Assembly: GCF_009914755.1 (NCBI RefSeq)
Contig: NC_060926.1
Direction: 5' to 3' (one strand)
Length of the DNA stretch: 64,000 bases
Source of the DNA: the human T2T-CHM13v2.0 reference genome, Homo sapiens
How positions within the stretch are numbered: position 1 is the first letter of the stretch; each line of letters opens with the position of its first letter. This document shows, in pieces, positions 1 to 14,527 of this stretch. Under the pieces are notes generated by a model, which worked only from the letters and a program-made list of their open reading frames with translations, did no database searches and was not told the origin of the DNA. The position numbers were made by a program, and so were the translations under genes.

Positions 1-1122
1 AAATAAAAATGATTTCTAGTATATTCTTGTGGTGATTCCTTCTTTTGATGCTGCCTGTCACTGTAAAAAGGGTTATGAATCTCTGGAAACCTGCTGTACT
101 GTCGGCAGCATAGGCACCAGTTTTCAAATCAGACGTCAGTAACTGGAACAGTTGGAGGGTTTTAAATCTCTACGAGAAAACTATTGCCATTTACAAACAA
201 CAAGGATTGTACTGAAATGGTGAAAAATGCACTTGCGTCATATTTAGAATGATTGTGTGTGGGAGGATATAACAATACTTTTCAGGACTGTAAGCCATAC
301 GTATATTCATATCTTGTGCTATTTATCTTGTAGATATACAGCGCTGGGAGTTCTCTACTGCTAGCTGTTAGGCTCGTAGCATTGAGGAGGAAAGATCCCA
401 AGGCTTGTCACTGCCGTATATCACTGCAGCTGTGCCCTTTGATTACACTGGGGCGCCACCAGTCATTAATAACAGGGAAAGCTTTTTGTCTGGCAAATGC
501 ATCACTGTACAGTCTTTTCTTAACACCTAGGCATCTTGGTGCGGTAGCAAAGGTAAATTAAAGATGAAGCTTGTTTATTTTACAGCCACACTTGTGAAAA
601 TAGAGGTGGCCTTTCCAGAACCATTCAGGAAAATGTATTTTTCCCTTGCCTTGTAAAATTGAAATATTTTCATATTTTGCATTTGCTGAAGGGAATCCTG
701 TCATTAAGTCACTCAAACAAACAATTTGAGCACAATGTAGTTATGATTTTAATTCCATCACTGTCACACTCATTTGGCTACCAGAGGGTTACAAAACAAG
801 CTATCATCCAAGACAACAATTACTGTATAGACTTAAAAACCCAAATGTGTTCCTGGTTGAAGATTCTTGAAGAGCATAATGTGAATGAAACTTGCATAGA
901 ATGTTTTCCAAATGCGGAAAAAACAACACAGTCAAACTTGATGCTTACTGAATGTGTGGCTTTGAAAGGCTGATGCCAGAGGCCTGTTTTCTAGGCAGTA
1001 GTGCTTTCCTATCAAAAGTAATCCCGAAGCTGACCAATTTCTGAGAAGCCTGATCCACAGTAAACTAACTCACAAGAAATGGGTTTATAAATGCCACCTC
1101 CCTATGTCAAATGTTGTACTCT

Positions 1123-1281
1123 TTTTTTTTTTTTTTTTTTTTTGAGATAGGCTCTCTCACTCTGTCACCTGGTCTGGAGTGCAGTGGTGCAATCACAGCT
1201 CACTGCAGCCACAAACCTCCTGGTCTCAAGAGATCCTCCCACCTCAGCCTCCTGAGTAGCTGGGATTACAGGTGCACACTA
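1123..1281 (-). mobile_element. Alu right-arm fragment (AluJ/FRAM-like)
   Basis: Poly-T followed by GAGATAGG..CTGGAGTGCAGTGGTGCAATCACAGCTCACTGCAGCC..CCTCAGCCTCCTGAGTAGCTGGGATTACAGG; no left arm. Confidence 0.9.
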
Positions 1282-3354
1282 TAGTTTTCATTTTTAAGGC
1301 AAATGACACTGAATTCCCTACGATGTTCATTATATAAAGTTTATTTTAAAATAATGTTAGGGAAAGAGGCAGTCTATTTAGAGAACATTATTAAGGAATT
1401 CAAAGTACAGAATAGGTACATGGTTAGGACAAAACACCATGATTGGCATATGCAAATTACCAAACTATTTACTAAAGTTTGGACAACACTATTAATCAAC
1501 TTTAAAAACTGCCAGGATAATCATTCTAAAATATGAATTAAATCCCATCATTGCCTCTACATAAAATTGCTCAGCAGTGTTCCAGTATCTACAGGATCTG
1601 ATGCCTGCCTCCTCTTCCAAACCTATCTCTGTCCTCAACCCTACTCACAACCAAATTCTGCCCCTTCTGTGAGAATGCCACTCCCTCCCCGAGGGTTCCT
1701 CCTTACCCCTTACCCCTCAAGACTCGACTCAAATGTGAAGACTCCAGCCCTCAACCCAAGCATTCAGGGCTCATTTGGTCACTATCCAAGGGTTCTGGGC
1801 TAAAAGCGGTGGGGACCTCAGGTGAGGATGGAGCAGTCCAGGAGTCAGGTAAGATGCTTCAGTGGAAATCACAGAGGTCTGCTGAGGTCAGCAAAGACTG
1901 ATGTCTCCCCAGCATCCCTCCTGCTTCAGCCTGCTTGGTGCCTATGCTGTGATTGACTGTTTAAACCAGCCCTGGGGAAGACTGTGGGAGGAAGTAGGAA
2001 GGTTTGAGGGTCCTGTCTAATCCGTAATCAACCCTGGGCTGTAATATTTGCAAAGACCTTGAGGAGAAACCAAAAGTTAAGGCAGAAGACCCGTCAGAGA
2101 ACCAAACACACAAGATGGGAATTGAGTGAAGAGGCTGCACCTTAGGCATCAGTGGGTAACTGAGTCTCCATTCACTCTGAGTCCTAGTGAGGCTGGACCT
2201 GCCAGCCAGTTCCAGGTCCTGTGCGAGCTGGAGAAGCTCCCCAGATGTGAGGGAGACCTGGTTGTTATTGGCCCCCACCATGGTGGGGCTGGGCCTAAAG
2301 AAGGCACAGCACAGTTAATGACCTTTGAGATCCCATCAAGGAGAAGCAATGTGTTCCCCAATAGGATTCAGGATAGATTTCCAGATAAGAACAGGATAAG
2401 CTTCCCAAAGCCAGGGGCTTATGTTTTAGAGCAGAGATTTCTTCTTCTTGGTGGTGATCACAGAGAGAGTGGCAATAAGCTAGGCCTGGTAAGATGTTAG
2501 TACTTGTATGACGTCAGCGGATGGAGCTGGGCAGGAACAAAATCCCTGTGGATAGAAAGGAGACAGCAAAGATATGGGGGTGGGAAAGCACGCGGTGAGG
2601 GGGAGATTTACTTAGAAGAATTCAGGCCTGCAAGCTGGGGAAATTGGGCCGTAAAATTGGCATTGTTTTTTAGAATAATCACATAATTTTCTCGTTCTGG
2701 AGATTATCTTGACCTGTTCTTAATCTCCAGAGGAATTCGCTGCTTATGTATCCCTTCTTGACGCCAACCCCCTGTCAGTAACTGAGATTCAGTGTGTCCA
2801 TGATCCTCAATAAGGAAGGAGATGCAGTGGTGGTGGTGGGGCAGGCATCAGCACTGATGAGTGGAGATTCTACTTTGAAAAGGTTTTACTCCACTGCAAC
2901 CCTAGATGGTAATCAGTCAATTCCTGCTCTCAAGAGGAACAACCACTGGATGCTGGAACTTAGTTTTGGTCAAACATAGGGTTGCGCTGGATAGTATTTA
3001 AGATTCCTTCTGAGCTCAGATTCCAGGACTCTCTTCTCAAGGCTTGTTCATGCTGACAAGGTCATCTCCAAGTAGATAATATTTAAAGGAGCTAGAAATG
3101 TTTCGATTGAACTAGAAGAGTAGCTGCCACTTTTTCCATCTCACAATAGAATATTGATATTAGCCACTTTGAGAATGAATTATAAATCATTCCAATAACT
3201 ATGAATTATATATTTATTGTGTACATGGAAGGCTGTGTGATATAAATGGGTATGACATGGCCCCTTACCTTGAGGGACTCTCAATGTGGTGAGACTAATA
3301 TTTAAACACACAAATAGATGTGGCAATGTAACACAATGGTTGAGAAGGTGGGCC

Positions 3355-3580
3355 CCAGACACTGTTACATTGCTAAATATTTAACAATAACAACTGTTGA
3401 TCTGAAAGAGAATTGTGGGAGGAGGGTACGCTGGTGTGTAGTTCATGCCTATTTCCATGGTGTAAATACTCTCACTATAGCTTATTTCAAGCTACCAACT
3501 TGACATCACTGAATGGAGAGTTAGAAAGAGATCCTAATAATAGACTCTCTAATGCTGGTATGAACTGGCTCTGGTGATAA
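3355..3580. mobile_element. MER63-like hAT-Blackjack DNA transposon remnant
   Basis: CCATGGTGTAAATACTCTCACTATAGCTTATTTCAAGCTACCAACTTGACATCACTGAATGGAGAGTTAGAAAGAGAT resembles the recalled MER63 core. Confidence 0.6.
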
Positions 3581-3599
3581 CCTATCTGGTCTTGAGTCT

Positions 3600-3780
3600 C
3601 AACTCTGGCATGTACTACTGTAGTCTCCGCTTTGTAACTCCTTTATCCTTTAGCACCATCTGGAAAGTGGGATGTTAGTGGTGCTTTTTCATAAGTTCAT
3701 TTGAGGGTTCCATGTAAAGTACTTAGAACAGTGTCTGGTGCATGGTCTCAGTAAGCATGAATGTACTTATTATGATTAAA
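3600..3780 (+). mobile_element. MIR SINE remnant
   Basis: CATCTGGAAAGTGGGATG..CATGTAAAGTACTTAGAACAGTGTCTGGTGCATGG, a MIR core/3' motif. Confidence 0.65.
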
Positions 3781-4896
3781 TACAAAGAGGATGGAGAGAT
3801 GGCTACCAGGTAGGGGATTCCAGGACTTAAGAAGGGGTAAATTTTTCTACAGGTGGGGATGGTGGGGATTGTCCTCCATCTCAAGGGTTGGGGGACAGCA
3901 TGGCAAAGCCAAGCAGGTAAGAAAGTACCAATAATGTTTGGAAAATTCCTTGTAGCTCAGTTTGGCCTGGATACAGGTTTGCCTTTTTAGGGAGATTATG
4001 TGCTTAGGAATTAGGGTGGGCCACGTTGCAGGGGTCTTGAATGCAGGAAGATCGGACTTACTACAGGGGACAGTGAGGAGCCACTAACTATTTAGGGACA
4101 GCAGAGTGACATGAGGCCTGGTATTCCCAACAAAACTTCTTTAAGCTGAGGGTGACATGAATGTCCAAGTGATGTGAGGTGACTGCTTCAAATTATCCCT
4201 TGGGAATGCAGACTTAATCTATGATTTAAAACCAGTATCGACTGGCTACAGCCAAGTCTGGCATGCAACTAAAGGACATCAAGGCAAACTCTGGGTTTCA
4301 ATACAGTGTTCAGGACTCCAATTGGGCCAATGAAAGTTGTCAAACAGGTATATCTTCCATAATAATTAACTCACATTAATGAAATTTCCTATCAAGTAGA
4401 TGCTCCATAGATATATGATCGAACTGACTGGAATCATCAGTTCACAGAAACTCTAATACAAAACAAATTGCTGCCCTTTAGAAATGACTTACAAATAGAA
4501 CTTCTGCAAATATTATAGGATAGGAGAAGAGTATCACTTTCTACAGAGCTGATTGAAGGAGAAATTGCTCAGTTGATATTGTTTTCCAGAATGTCACCCC
4601 TTCAGAAAACACTCTTTCAAAATGGCTCATTTACTTTGCATCTAATTTCTATCAATTCAGGCTTTGTTTTGTAAACAATGTTCCAAGAGCCAAGTTCCTT
4701 TTTAACAGCTTACAAATTACCCCAAATCACACTATTGTTTGTAACAGCCTTCACATTTCGTGTGCTGATTACCAGGTTAGAAGGTACAGTGGCATGCGTT
4801 GTTTCCTCTCATCTTCATAGTAGCCCTGTGAGAGGGAACTGCAGGACTTGAGAGTTGGAAGGGACCTGTGAGATGACATTGAAGGCCCTCTTTCCT

Positions 4897-5430
4897 CATT
4901 AATTCATTCAACAAACCTTTGTTGTATATTGACAGAAACTTGACAGAAACCGTGCCAGGATTACCCATGCTGAATAAGAGAGAAGGTTCCTGTTCTCAAG
5001 GAACTGACATTCTTAGTGGGAGGCCAACTGCAAACAAATGCACAAATGTATTATCAAGATAATTAAATTGTGGTATATTCTCTGAAGGGAATATACAGGT
5101 TCTATGATAGAGAGGATTTGGGTTGAAATTGTACTTTAGATATCACTGTCAGGAGGTGACATTTGAACTGAGACTTGAATAGTAAGAAGGAGCTAGTCGT
5201 TGAAGACCTTGGGGCAGAGCATTTAAGGCAGAGAGAACAGCAAGGACTCAGGCCAACAGTGAGCCTGGCATGGCTAAGGAAGGTGAGGACCAGTGTGGCA
5301 AAGCAAAATAAGCAAAGGGGACAGTGGTACAAGATGACATAGGAAACTTGGACACAACCCAGATTCTGAGGACTGAATTTCAACCCAAGCCATGGAAGTG
5401 TTCTGAGCAGAGGAGAGATATGTATCTGCT
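4897..5430 (-). mobile_element. L2 LINE 3' fragment
   Basis: Starts with CATTAATTCATTCAACAAAC (L2 tail, reverse) and contains AGGAGGTGACATTTGAACTGAGACTTGAA. Confidence 0.75.
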
Positions 5431-5715
5431 GGGAGGTGAAGGGATGTGTCGAGGTACTAAGAGTGTCAGCAGTGGGACCACTCAGGAAGCCGAAGCCCAG
5501 AGAGAGAAAGTAACTTTTTCAAGATCATTCAGATGGTTGGTGGCAGAATTGGTTCTAGAACCAGGTTTTCGCCCTCAAGTTTTAAGTGTTCTTGTCATTT
5601 TGCAAATAAGAAAGTGTCTAAGGGATTTTAATTACTGTTTGTACAGGAGCATCTAGAAAGTTTATAATCATCCCAGTCTTCAGAAAAAATATTATATTGC
5701 AGAGTATATTTTTAG

Positions 5716-5746
5716 TGTGTGTGTGTGTGTGAACACGTGTGTGTGT
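5716..5746. repeat. (TG)n microsatellite, interrupted
   Basis: GTGTGTGTGTGTGTGTGAACACGTGTGTGTG read directly. Confidence 0.85.
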
Positions 5747-5798
5747 ACGTTAGAAACACTGAGATCAGTCTATACTTCGTAGACACTAGGTATGTGGG

Positions 5799-6233
5799 TG
5801 TGGCAGACACACCTTATTGTCTATATTATTATAGTCTCCATCCTTTTCCTTTCTCCTGCCCACAGACTCCTCATTTTGTTCCAGATAACATTGTGTTTTC
5901 CAGTCTCCTTTGCAGTTAAGAGTAACCTAGTTTTGACCAATTAGAATTTTGCTGAGGTTTTCTGGAAAATTTTTACTTTTCTCATAAAAGCCCCATTTTT
6001 TCTACATTCTTGTCATTTTCTCTTTCTTTTGTGAAACCATGGAAATGAAAGCCACATATTAAGACGGCAAAGTAAGAAGCTGGAAGGAGCCTGGTCCTTG
6101 GTGGTTTAAAAGTCATGGCACCAACTCTGTGCATATTATATTACTTCTGAACTTCATGGCAGTTAAGAAAATGTTAGTTAAACCACTGTGTTTGGATCTT
6201 TGTTAAATGCAGCTGAACGCATGAGCTAATTCA
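5799..6233 (+). mobile_element. MLT1-family (ERVL-MaLR) solo LTR, old
   Basis: Starts TGTGGCAGAC; contains AGAAGCTGGAAGGAGCCTGGTCCTTG; ends with a TTTGTTAAATGCAGCTGAAC..CTAATTCA-type terminus. Confidence 0.65.
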
Positions 6234-7125
6234 CTGGCCTGGAGAGAGAAAGAGCGATAAGTTAATACACAGTGGCTGCATTCCAATATAAACAGCTTAT
6301 GAAAATATGAGATGGGATCAACGATGTGCTAGAACCAGGAAAAGTAAGAGTTGTGGATTTTCCTAAACCAAAGTGGTATTTTTCTAAGCAAAGCTATGGT
6401 AGCACTTTCTTTAGGAGGAATTAAGCCATCAGCTTTTACAATAAAATTTCCTATCCATGTGGGCCCAAGAATCAAGGAGACCTAGAACCAGGGACATTTG
6501 AATTATACCAGGAGAAGGAACCCTGAGAGGGTGTTCAATCAAGCTGCTGTCAATCACCTGCAAATTCACTTAAAGCAATTGTCAAGAGGTCTAGGCAAGT
6601 TTAAGCCTCCTTTGCAGGTTATGAGTCCATCTGAGGTTGCATCCAGAGTCAGCTCAAGGGATTCTTGGTCCCTTTTATAGATCAGGCTCACAGTACATCT
6701 TCCTTCCAGGCTACTCACACCCAAGATGGTGATGAGCCTCTAAAGGTCACCCTATTTTCAATCTAGGGATCTCCATGGCTAGCCAAAGGAGATGTAAATA
6801 AGAGCTTTCTGTGTCATTTCTTTTCATGACTACCTGAAAACATTGTCTGACCCTACTCAAGTCCTTTGACAGTTATTCAAAGATGCTATTTGGGTCAAGG
6901 AGCAAAGGACTTATTCATGCCCTCATTTTCTCACATTAGAGCTGCTCTTAGAATTTGCATTTTCTCTCTTATACATAGACACACATAGACATTAGACTAT
7001 AAATTTGAAGGCAAAGTCTATTTGTAATGGTTACTATATAATTCCAAGCCCCAGTACAGCATAAAGTACTATGTGTTATTCCATAAATATTCACTGTGTA
7101 TCTGACTCGTGGACACAGACGTTCC

Positions 7126-7194
7126 TACAGCTTCCATAGAAAAGGCTCTAATAGGTCACTTACAGCTTCCATAGAAAAGGCTTAATAGGTCACT
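7126..7194. repeat. 35-bp tandem duplication (2 copies)
   Basis: TACAGCTTCCATAGAAAAGGCT(C)TAATAGGTCACT at 7126-7160 and 7161-7194, differing by one C. Confidence 0.95.
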
Positions 7195-9958
7195 GAACAG
7201 GTACACAGAGGTAAGAGGAATATCAGGCTCTCCATCCCTCTAAAAGTTTCCCAGAAGCATGACCACTGAATACCCACCAGACTAAACTAAGAAATCCACC
7301 TGGGCCTTATCCATAACAACAAGATGTGACATTGAAAAAGCATTTTCACTTCTGAGGCTTCTGGTTCTTCTTGCATTATCCACCCACCACTCTATCCATG
7401 TAGCACACATTTATTGTTTCCTAGTTTCAGTTATTCTCAAATTCTTTTAGCTTGTGGGGTATCTGGGAAAATAAAGCATTTGAAAGCAAAGAAAGCCTGA
7501 CCATGAACCAGCAGTCTCATGTAGCTACAACCCTGCAGGCCAGACTGTTACTCTAAAAGACATGTCATGGAGGTGGCTCAATTACCATGAAGGGGTTCCC
7601 TGCTGAGTGATGGGAGCACCTTTACAGCCTTCAGTAGTTACAATATCCCCTCTTAGTGGCTTATACTTTGGTATTAAAAACAGAATTTGTATCAGAAGTA
7701 AAAACTGGTCATGGCTCACATTTGGGAAATACTGTTGCCACGCTAATTTATTTTTCTTTTAAAAATACATCTTAACGTATTTTTTGACATTCCTTGGTCT
7801 CCTCTCCAAATGATGCCCTAGGAAACACTGGCGTTGCGGTCATAACTGGTTTTGAGCTAGTGACTTGCAGTGATTTTTCAAGCTTGGGTTGGGGGAGAGG
7901 AAGAAGAGAGGAGTGAGTTTGTTATTGGGCGTCAGGGATATACTTTTCAAAAATGCACAGCATCTTGGAAATTTGGTTTCCCATCACCATTTATATTGCT
8001 GAGGAATAGACATGTCTCTCACTCTGCAGTAGTGTTTCATGACATTTGGATTTACAGTGTTCAAGCTGAAGTCTCTAGCCCCTTGCAGTCTGTCAAAAAC
8101 AGCTTCTTTGTCCATTTATTTTTGTCTTCCACACCCAGTCTGAATATCTTTTGTAAATTTATACTTGACAACCCTCGTATTTCAGTAGCTGGCTTTGGTT
8201 TCACAATCTACCTTGCTTGCTCAGTTACATTAGCTGAAACAACAAATTTAATCCATGATGTCAATAGTAAATTATAACAGAGAGGTAATATATGTCTGAC
8301 ATCATAAAGGTCAAGGCTATGGTGGAAACACTGCAAATTCTGGAGCCATTGTTTGAGCAAGTGGTTGGCTTTTGCTAAACACTAATATTATGAAAATCAG
8401 ATTATAAAAGCTACATTTGGCTAATCTTATTTTTTTAATGGAAAATTTCTAAAAGCAGAAAGCTCTCATACTCTATACTGCACTGTGGATTTTGTTCCCA
8501 TGGACATTGGCTATGTAATTATATTTTATATTTGGTAGTGGATAAATAATTAAAATGAGAATTACTTTCCTGAAAAGATTCATTTAGAGCACACATTTTC
8601 TATTACCATAGCTGTTAGATAGGGGAGGGGACATTGCCTCCTACCTACCTAAACTACCTTGCCATTAAAGTATCTAAATTACCTCGGTGAATTCTGACCA
8701 CAGAAGTGGTTGATGAATTGCTTTTGCATAAATGCGCTTTCCCTTTGCTAGAATCTAATTTTATGAAACACACTCATGTGTGTGCCCACATGCACACACA
8801 CACTCACCAAGAGACACACATATACCAAAGCAACCACTGAACCCTCTCAAGAAGAAAAATTGAAGGCTGGAATTTTCTCTATATAATGAAGTTTTTTTAA
8901 ATGTTGCCAGTAATATAAGCATTGCTGAGGAAAGCCCAAATGGTTTCATCTCCTGTAGGCAAGAGCAGTTCATGAATCATTGTTTCCATGCAAAAGTGTT
9001 TCATTCCTTTAACTGGTGCTATCAATTGTACTGGCTGAATTTTTTTTTTTTAAAGTATCAAAATTTGATTCTGGCTTAAACTCATTTCTTACAAGTAGGG
9101 AAAAAAATCTTTCTGCAGAGTAAGCCCAAAAGCCATTCCGTGGATGAAAGGGTCTGAAAATCCCATCCCTTTTGTCATTATGATGTGTTTAAAAGCTTTG
9201 ATCCATCATAGGCAAGCCCAGCAGCCAAGGAGGGTTCTTAAGCAGCTATATCTCTCACTTGGCGCAGATGTATTTTTATTTGTTAATTAGAAGCATTTAT
9301 TATAGTTGCCATGTATTCTTGCTGCATGTGTTAGACTAGGAAAGAATACAGTATCTGAGCCCCAAGATATGATGTGGTGGAATAATTCGTGTTAGGTATT
9401 ATCTCAAGGTAGTGTCATTTTTGTTTGTGTCCCTGAGAAGGGAGAAGATGACTTTAGTCCCCCAGTGTCAAGGATAACCAGCCGTTCATAAGATGAGAGT
9501 TGGAGCAACTGCTCTAAGGAATCTGAAGACAAACAGGCTGGCGGAAAGGAAGTCACCTCCAGTGCTCTAAGTCAGAGCCTCTCTGATTCGCCTGTCTCCA
9601 TTATTGCACAGCACATGATGAGTCTGACTTTGAGAGATAAGTTGGCCAAAGTGGAGGAATGCCACATGCCTAGGCCACTTTCTCTGCCTAACTTTCGATC
9701 ACTTACCATGAACAAGCTGAAGAAACTTACTCCTCAAACTGGCCTTTGCTCAAGTTCATAAAGCACTTCAAAGAAAGAAAATGACTCCTGTATATGAATG
9801 TTGTTGCAATTAATAACTGCCCATTTTTTATTTCTAAGCTATCTTTAATTTGGTGGTTGAGGCCTATGAATATGCCCAAGAGATCATGAACAAGACACAA
9901 TTTCTGCCTTCAAGAACCTTAAAATTGAAAAATCACGACGAAAAAAAACAAAGCCCTC

Positions 9959-10326
9959 TGATCTGGTTTGGATTTGTGTCCCCACCCAAATCTCATGTCA
10001 AATTGTGATCCCCAGTGTTGGAGGAGGGTCCTGGTGGGAGTTGATTCGATCATGAGGCGACATCCCCCCTGCTGTTCTTGTGATAATGAGTAAGTTCTCA
10101 CAAGATCTGGTTGTTTAGAAATGCGTAACAGCTCCCTTTTTGCCCTCTCCCTCCTGCTCTGGCCTGCTTTCCCTTCGCCTTTCGCCATGATTGTAAGTTT
10201 TCTGCAGCCTCCCCAGTCATATTCCCTGTACAGCCTGTGGAGCTGTGAGTCAATTAAACCTCTTTTCTTTGTAAATTACCCAGTCTCAGGCAGTTCTTTA
10301 TAGCAAAGCAAGAACAGACTAATACA
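9959..10326 (+). mobile_element. MSTA-like MaLR solo LTR
   Basis: TG...CA termini (TGATCTGGTTTGGATTTGTGTCCCC ... GAACAGACTAATACA), internal AAATTACCCAGTCTCAGG, perfect 5-bp TSD CCCTC at 9954-9958 and 10327-10331. Confidence 0.92.
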
Positions 10327-10894
10327 CCCTCTACCCAGTCTCTCAGTCTATAATCCCTCTCGATGTCACGCTGCTGCAAGTGAGGATGAGAAATTGGAGA
10401 ACAGGTGTGTGTCATTCACGATGGGCTTCATCACAGCGTCTACCACAGCGTATTTTGCTACACTGACAGCATTACCATCACTTATGTGTACTGATTTATA
10501 TGCCAAAGAAAGATCACTGGGGTGTGGTGTGTACCTTGCCTTATATCACCAACATGTAACTTTGATATTTCTTCTTCATAACAAAAAAGAAAAATTATTT
10601 AATTTCTCTAATTTTTGTTACAAAGTAAAGTAACATCCTACAAAGCAGGTTTTGATCATTTCTGGCAGCAATCAGTTTTCTTCTCTACTTTAATTCAAGA
10701 GTAAATTTTGTTTTCGAATGAATGAATAAGTGAATTGTAGCTGGTACTATGATCCACCCACCTGTACTTCTTTTTGACTCTGATAGTGAATAGAAGTTTA
10801 CAAAAGTTTACCCTCCTAGTTTGGCCTTAAAAACATAGAACCTTGGTTTCAGGGCTATTTGACTGCTGCTTTAGCTAAACAATAGCAATAATTA

Positions 10895-11060
10895 ACCATT
10901 ACTATGTCCCATGTCATAGGTACCATGCCTGGCACATCATTTGCTGTATCTCATTCAGTGTTTGCAATAGCCCTTTGAGTTAGGTATTGTTATTTTTCCG
11001 TTTTACAAAGAGAGAAGTAGGATTCAGCAAAACTCGATAACGATCAAATGCTACAAAAAC
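10895..11060 (-). mobile_element. MIR SINE remnant
   Basis: TAGGTATTGTTATTTTTCCGTTTTACAAAGAGAGAAGTAGGATTCAG, MIR core in reverse. Confidence 0.6.
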
Positions 11061-14000
11061 AAAAAATAGGTTGATTGCTAGCCTATGGATTGATTTCCTT
11101 TGGGTCAGGTGTCCACTCCTGCTCCAAAAATCCATTCAAGGATACAAATCTGACCGCCTCCAAATGCAATGTCTCTTATCTCTGCCCAGTCCTACTTCAT
11201 TGATGGTTCACATTACTAAGTTCCCTTGATGTGGATTATTCTCCCTGTTAATTCTCTCGGTCCTAGAGTGACAATTGTACTTCCTTTAGCAATTAGAAAG
11301 CAGTGGTTTCCTGGGCTTGCTTCATCACCTCAAGCAAGCCTGTTAGCTACTGCTCTTAGCAGGGGAACTGGGAACATGACGAATGATGGCCATCTGCTCC
11401 AGGAATAAACAAACTCTTCATTATTCCATTAGTGATTTTCCATTTCCTGCTAAGCCTAACAATTTATTAGCACTATTTAGGCTAATGTATGGCTGTATTA
11501 TTTTACATATTTACTTCATATTCTTCATGTGATGACATATTTAGGTGTTCAGATCCTCTGTGTGGTTTTCTGCAGACAGAATTGGATGAGTTTGAGAAGA
11601 TAACTCTCCCAGCACTGGTAAGACCACCATTAATTCCTCTTTGTGGAGCAACTTTTCTCCAAGGATTTTAAAAGAAATGACCGCATGGCCATTGTGAATC
11701 AAATAGGTTTGAAATGCAATGCATTAGGAGGAAACATTTATGTGTGCTTCTCAGTCACGCTACACTGAACATAATTCTTAGGGTTGTGTTGAAAGCAGCA
11801 CTAGACAAGGCCCCAGGACCCCAATTTCCAGCCCTCTACTCTGTAGGGTTTTTATGAAAATCAGCAAAGGCATGTAGGTGATGACTCTGAAAAAGTGACT
11901 CTTATCCAGACTCCTTTAAAAGAAACACCTTTATTGCAAGATCACACGTGGACTGGAATTGGAAGAAGAAAGCAAAGTCCCAGGGGATAGAGAACACTCT
12001 AGGTCTCCTCTGGCCACCTCTCTCTCTCCTTTTCAGGTGACATGTTCTTGCTCCCATTGTGTCTGTTCTCTGTGACGTTGCTGTCCTCTTGCTGTGGCCA
12101 CTGCTCTCTCGACACTGACCAGCTTCTTTCTTCCATCTCTTCCAAGATTCAGAAAATGGTGGCCAAGAAGCCAAATACAGCCTGAAGTTGTGCTTTATTT
12201 GGCCAGCTTAATATTTAGATCAAATTTTGAATTTGAATGTTTTTGGCAAGGCATGTATTAATTTTTGCCACTTAGTTGCAAATCCGTACATTTACTTTTT
12301 TTCAGATGAAGGCATTCAAGTTTAAAACCACTTTATATATTTTCTCTACTTCCTTATCCTTATTCATAGTTTTCGCTACTTCTTAACTTTCTATGACTTC
12401 ACATGCTGTCCACCCATCTAATAACGTGCTCTGCTACAATTGTATGTCCTGTCACTGCTAACCCTCAGTTGATCTGTTTATCTCCATTTACATTTCTGAG
12501 AAAGAACACTGCTGTCCCATATGACATAATAGGTCATTCCAAGACATCACTACTGACATGTGTATTGTAAGTGGAAAAGTTGTAGGGTATCCATTATTAT
12601 TATTGTTATTCTTATGTGGTAGTATATATTAGGGCCATATAATAACTCCAACTCCAAAAAAATTTCTTTCCTGGCATATGTGATGATTTATTGCTTTGGA
12701 GTTTATCCAAAGACCTTAGCTAAGAAGCACAGCAGTTAAGCTATGGACCCGTTTTTTTTACTGATGTGAACATACCCGTGGGTCTTCTGTACACATCTGT
12801 GAGGCAATAGTTTCAGGTTCAGACAAACCACTCAGGTTCTTAGTTGAGTGAGGTAGTCTGTAGGCAGAGCCAAAGCACCCTGGAGATACATGGGCAGGCA
12901 CAGGTCATTTGGGGCTACCTTGAAAAGAGTTTAAAAAAACTTTTGGATACAACAAAGCCATCAGTGTTGAAGAATGTTATGTGGTCCTTACTTATGCTTA
13001 CAAATTTGGCCCCTTCTTCATCTTTGATACACCTACCTTCTATTCACTCAGTCATTTGTCTGTTTTATTCTGTTCCAACCTCCTCTGCCAACATGGACTC
13101 AGATTAAAAATAAAATGAAGACAAATAAGGGAAAATAGACCATTTTCTGCTTTCTGCCAGGTCTAGGCACCAAGGCTGAATGTGTCTCTTTCAGTATCTC
13201 ATTTTATAAAGAGATAAAGACCACAATTATCAGAGAAGCCAAACTACTAGACTGAAAGATTTCATAAATATTTAGACTTAACTAATAAAGTAGCATATGT
13301 TTACAAAGAATATAGTCTTGGAGATCTCATAACTAGAACTAATTAAGGTTGGGAATTAACTTTGGAAAGAACTCAAAAGCAATGAAAACAATTAGACAAA
13401 TGATCTCTTAGTCCAGAAGATGCAAGATTTTGCAAGTGGCTATGACTCGGCCAATGTCTCTTAAGCTTTCTACTTTAGACATTGTACTGGAAGCTCAAGA
13501 GGCCAGATCTTAGCCCATGAGTTATCTGCCTTGGAACAATTCTAAGGGGTGTCATGAAGATAAAAGAGATAATCAATGTAAAGACATATCAAGCATTTAG
13601 AAAGAAAGGTACTGTATACACCCAAGGTATTATTAGCATTATTACCATTACCTGTTCTAGCAGGCTTTTTTCTTCAAGGATGCTGCAGTGTAGTACCCAG
13701 TTGTAAAAAGCCTAAGTAAAAACAAACAAAAACAAGACCAACATGCAAACAACAAATATCTTAAGGCCATCCAGGAATGCCTGGAAAATCATCCTTTCAT
13801 GTGCGTGGGAACTTTGCACTTTTGAAGGCTGCAGGCAGGCTGAGCACAGAGCTTAAGAGCAACATTGTAATGGGACCAAATCACTTGGCTCACAAACTTG
13901 TGTGTGTGTCTTTTTTGGGAGGGTGGGGGAGGGTGTTGATTAATCCCTCTTGGTGGCCATAAGTGATGCAAAGGGCCCTAACTTGAGAAGAACTGAGTCT

Positions 14001-14527
14001 CTGTAGATGCCAACTGACCTGCCCCATGTCTTCAGGTGGTAATTCCTTTGCACCAATGTCAAAATAGCAGGGATTAGAGCAGTTAGCAAACGTTAAGAGG
14101 TGTATTTATTATCAGTATCATTTGAACGTCTTCATCTGCCCAGGATTCTTTTTTAAGACTTTGTTTTCCAGGCACCTAATGACTAACTAGAAAAGCCCAG
14201 TTAAAATTATTATTATTTTTTTTAATTTTAGTAGCAGATTTCCTTTGAGAGGAGGATGTGGACAATATGGGCATTTGTAATTTTTAAGAAGTCAGTTGTT
14301 TTAAAAAGGATGATAAGGGTGATATAAGGTTACATTCAGCTCATTCTCAGCAGTATTAAGTCAATGTTTGTGGAACACTGTGTGGAAACAATGTTGAATT
14401 AGGCCATAATGACTAGAAAAAAGGAGGATACAATAGCAACTTGGAGAGATGGGAGAGAATAAATTTAAAAATTGTAGTCATTAAATCAGAAGTTCCAAGT
14501 TGAAAAGAATCCCAATTGTCTTCTACT

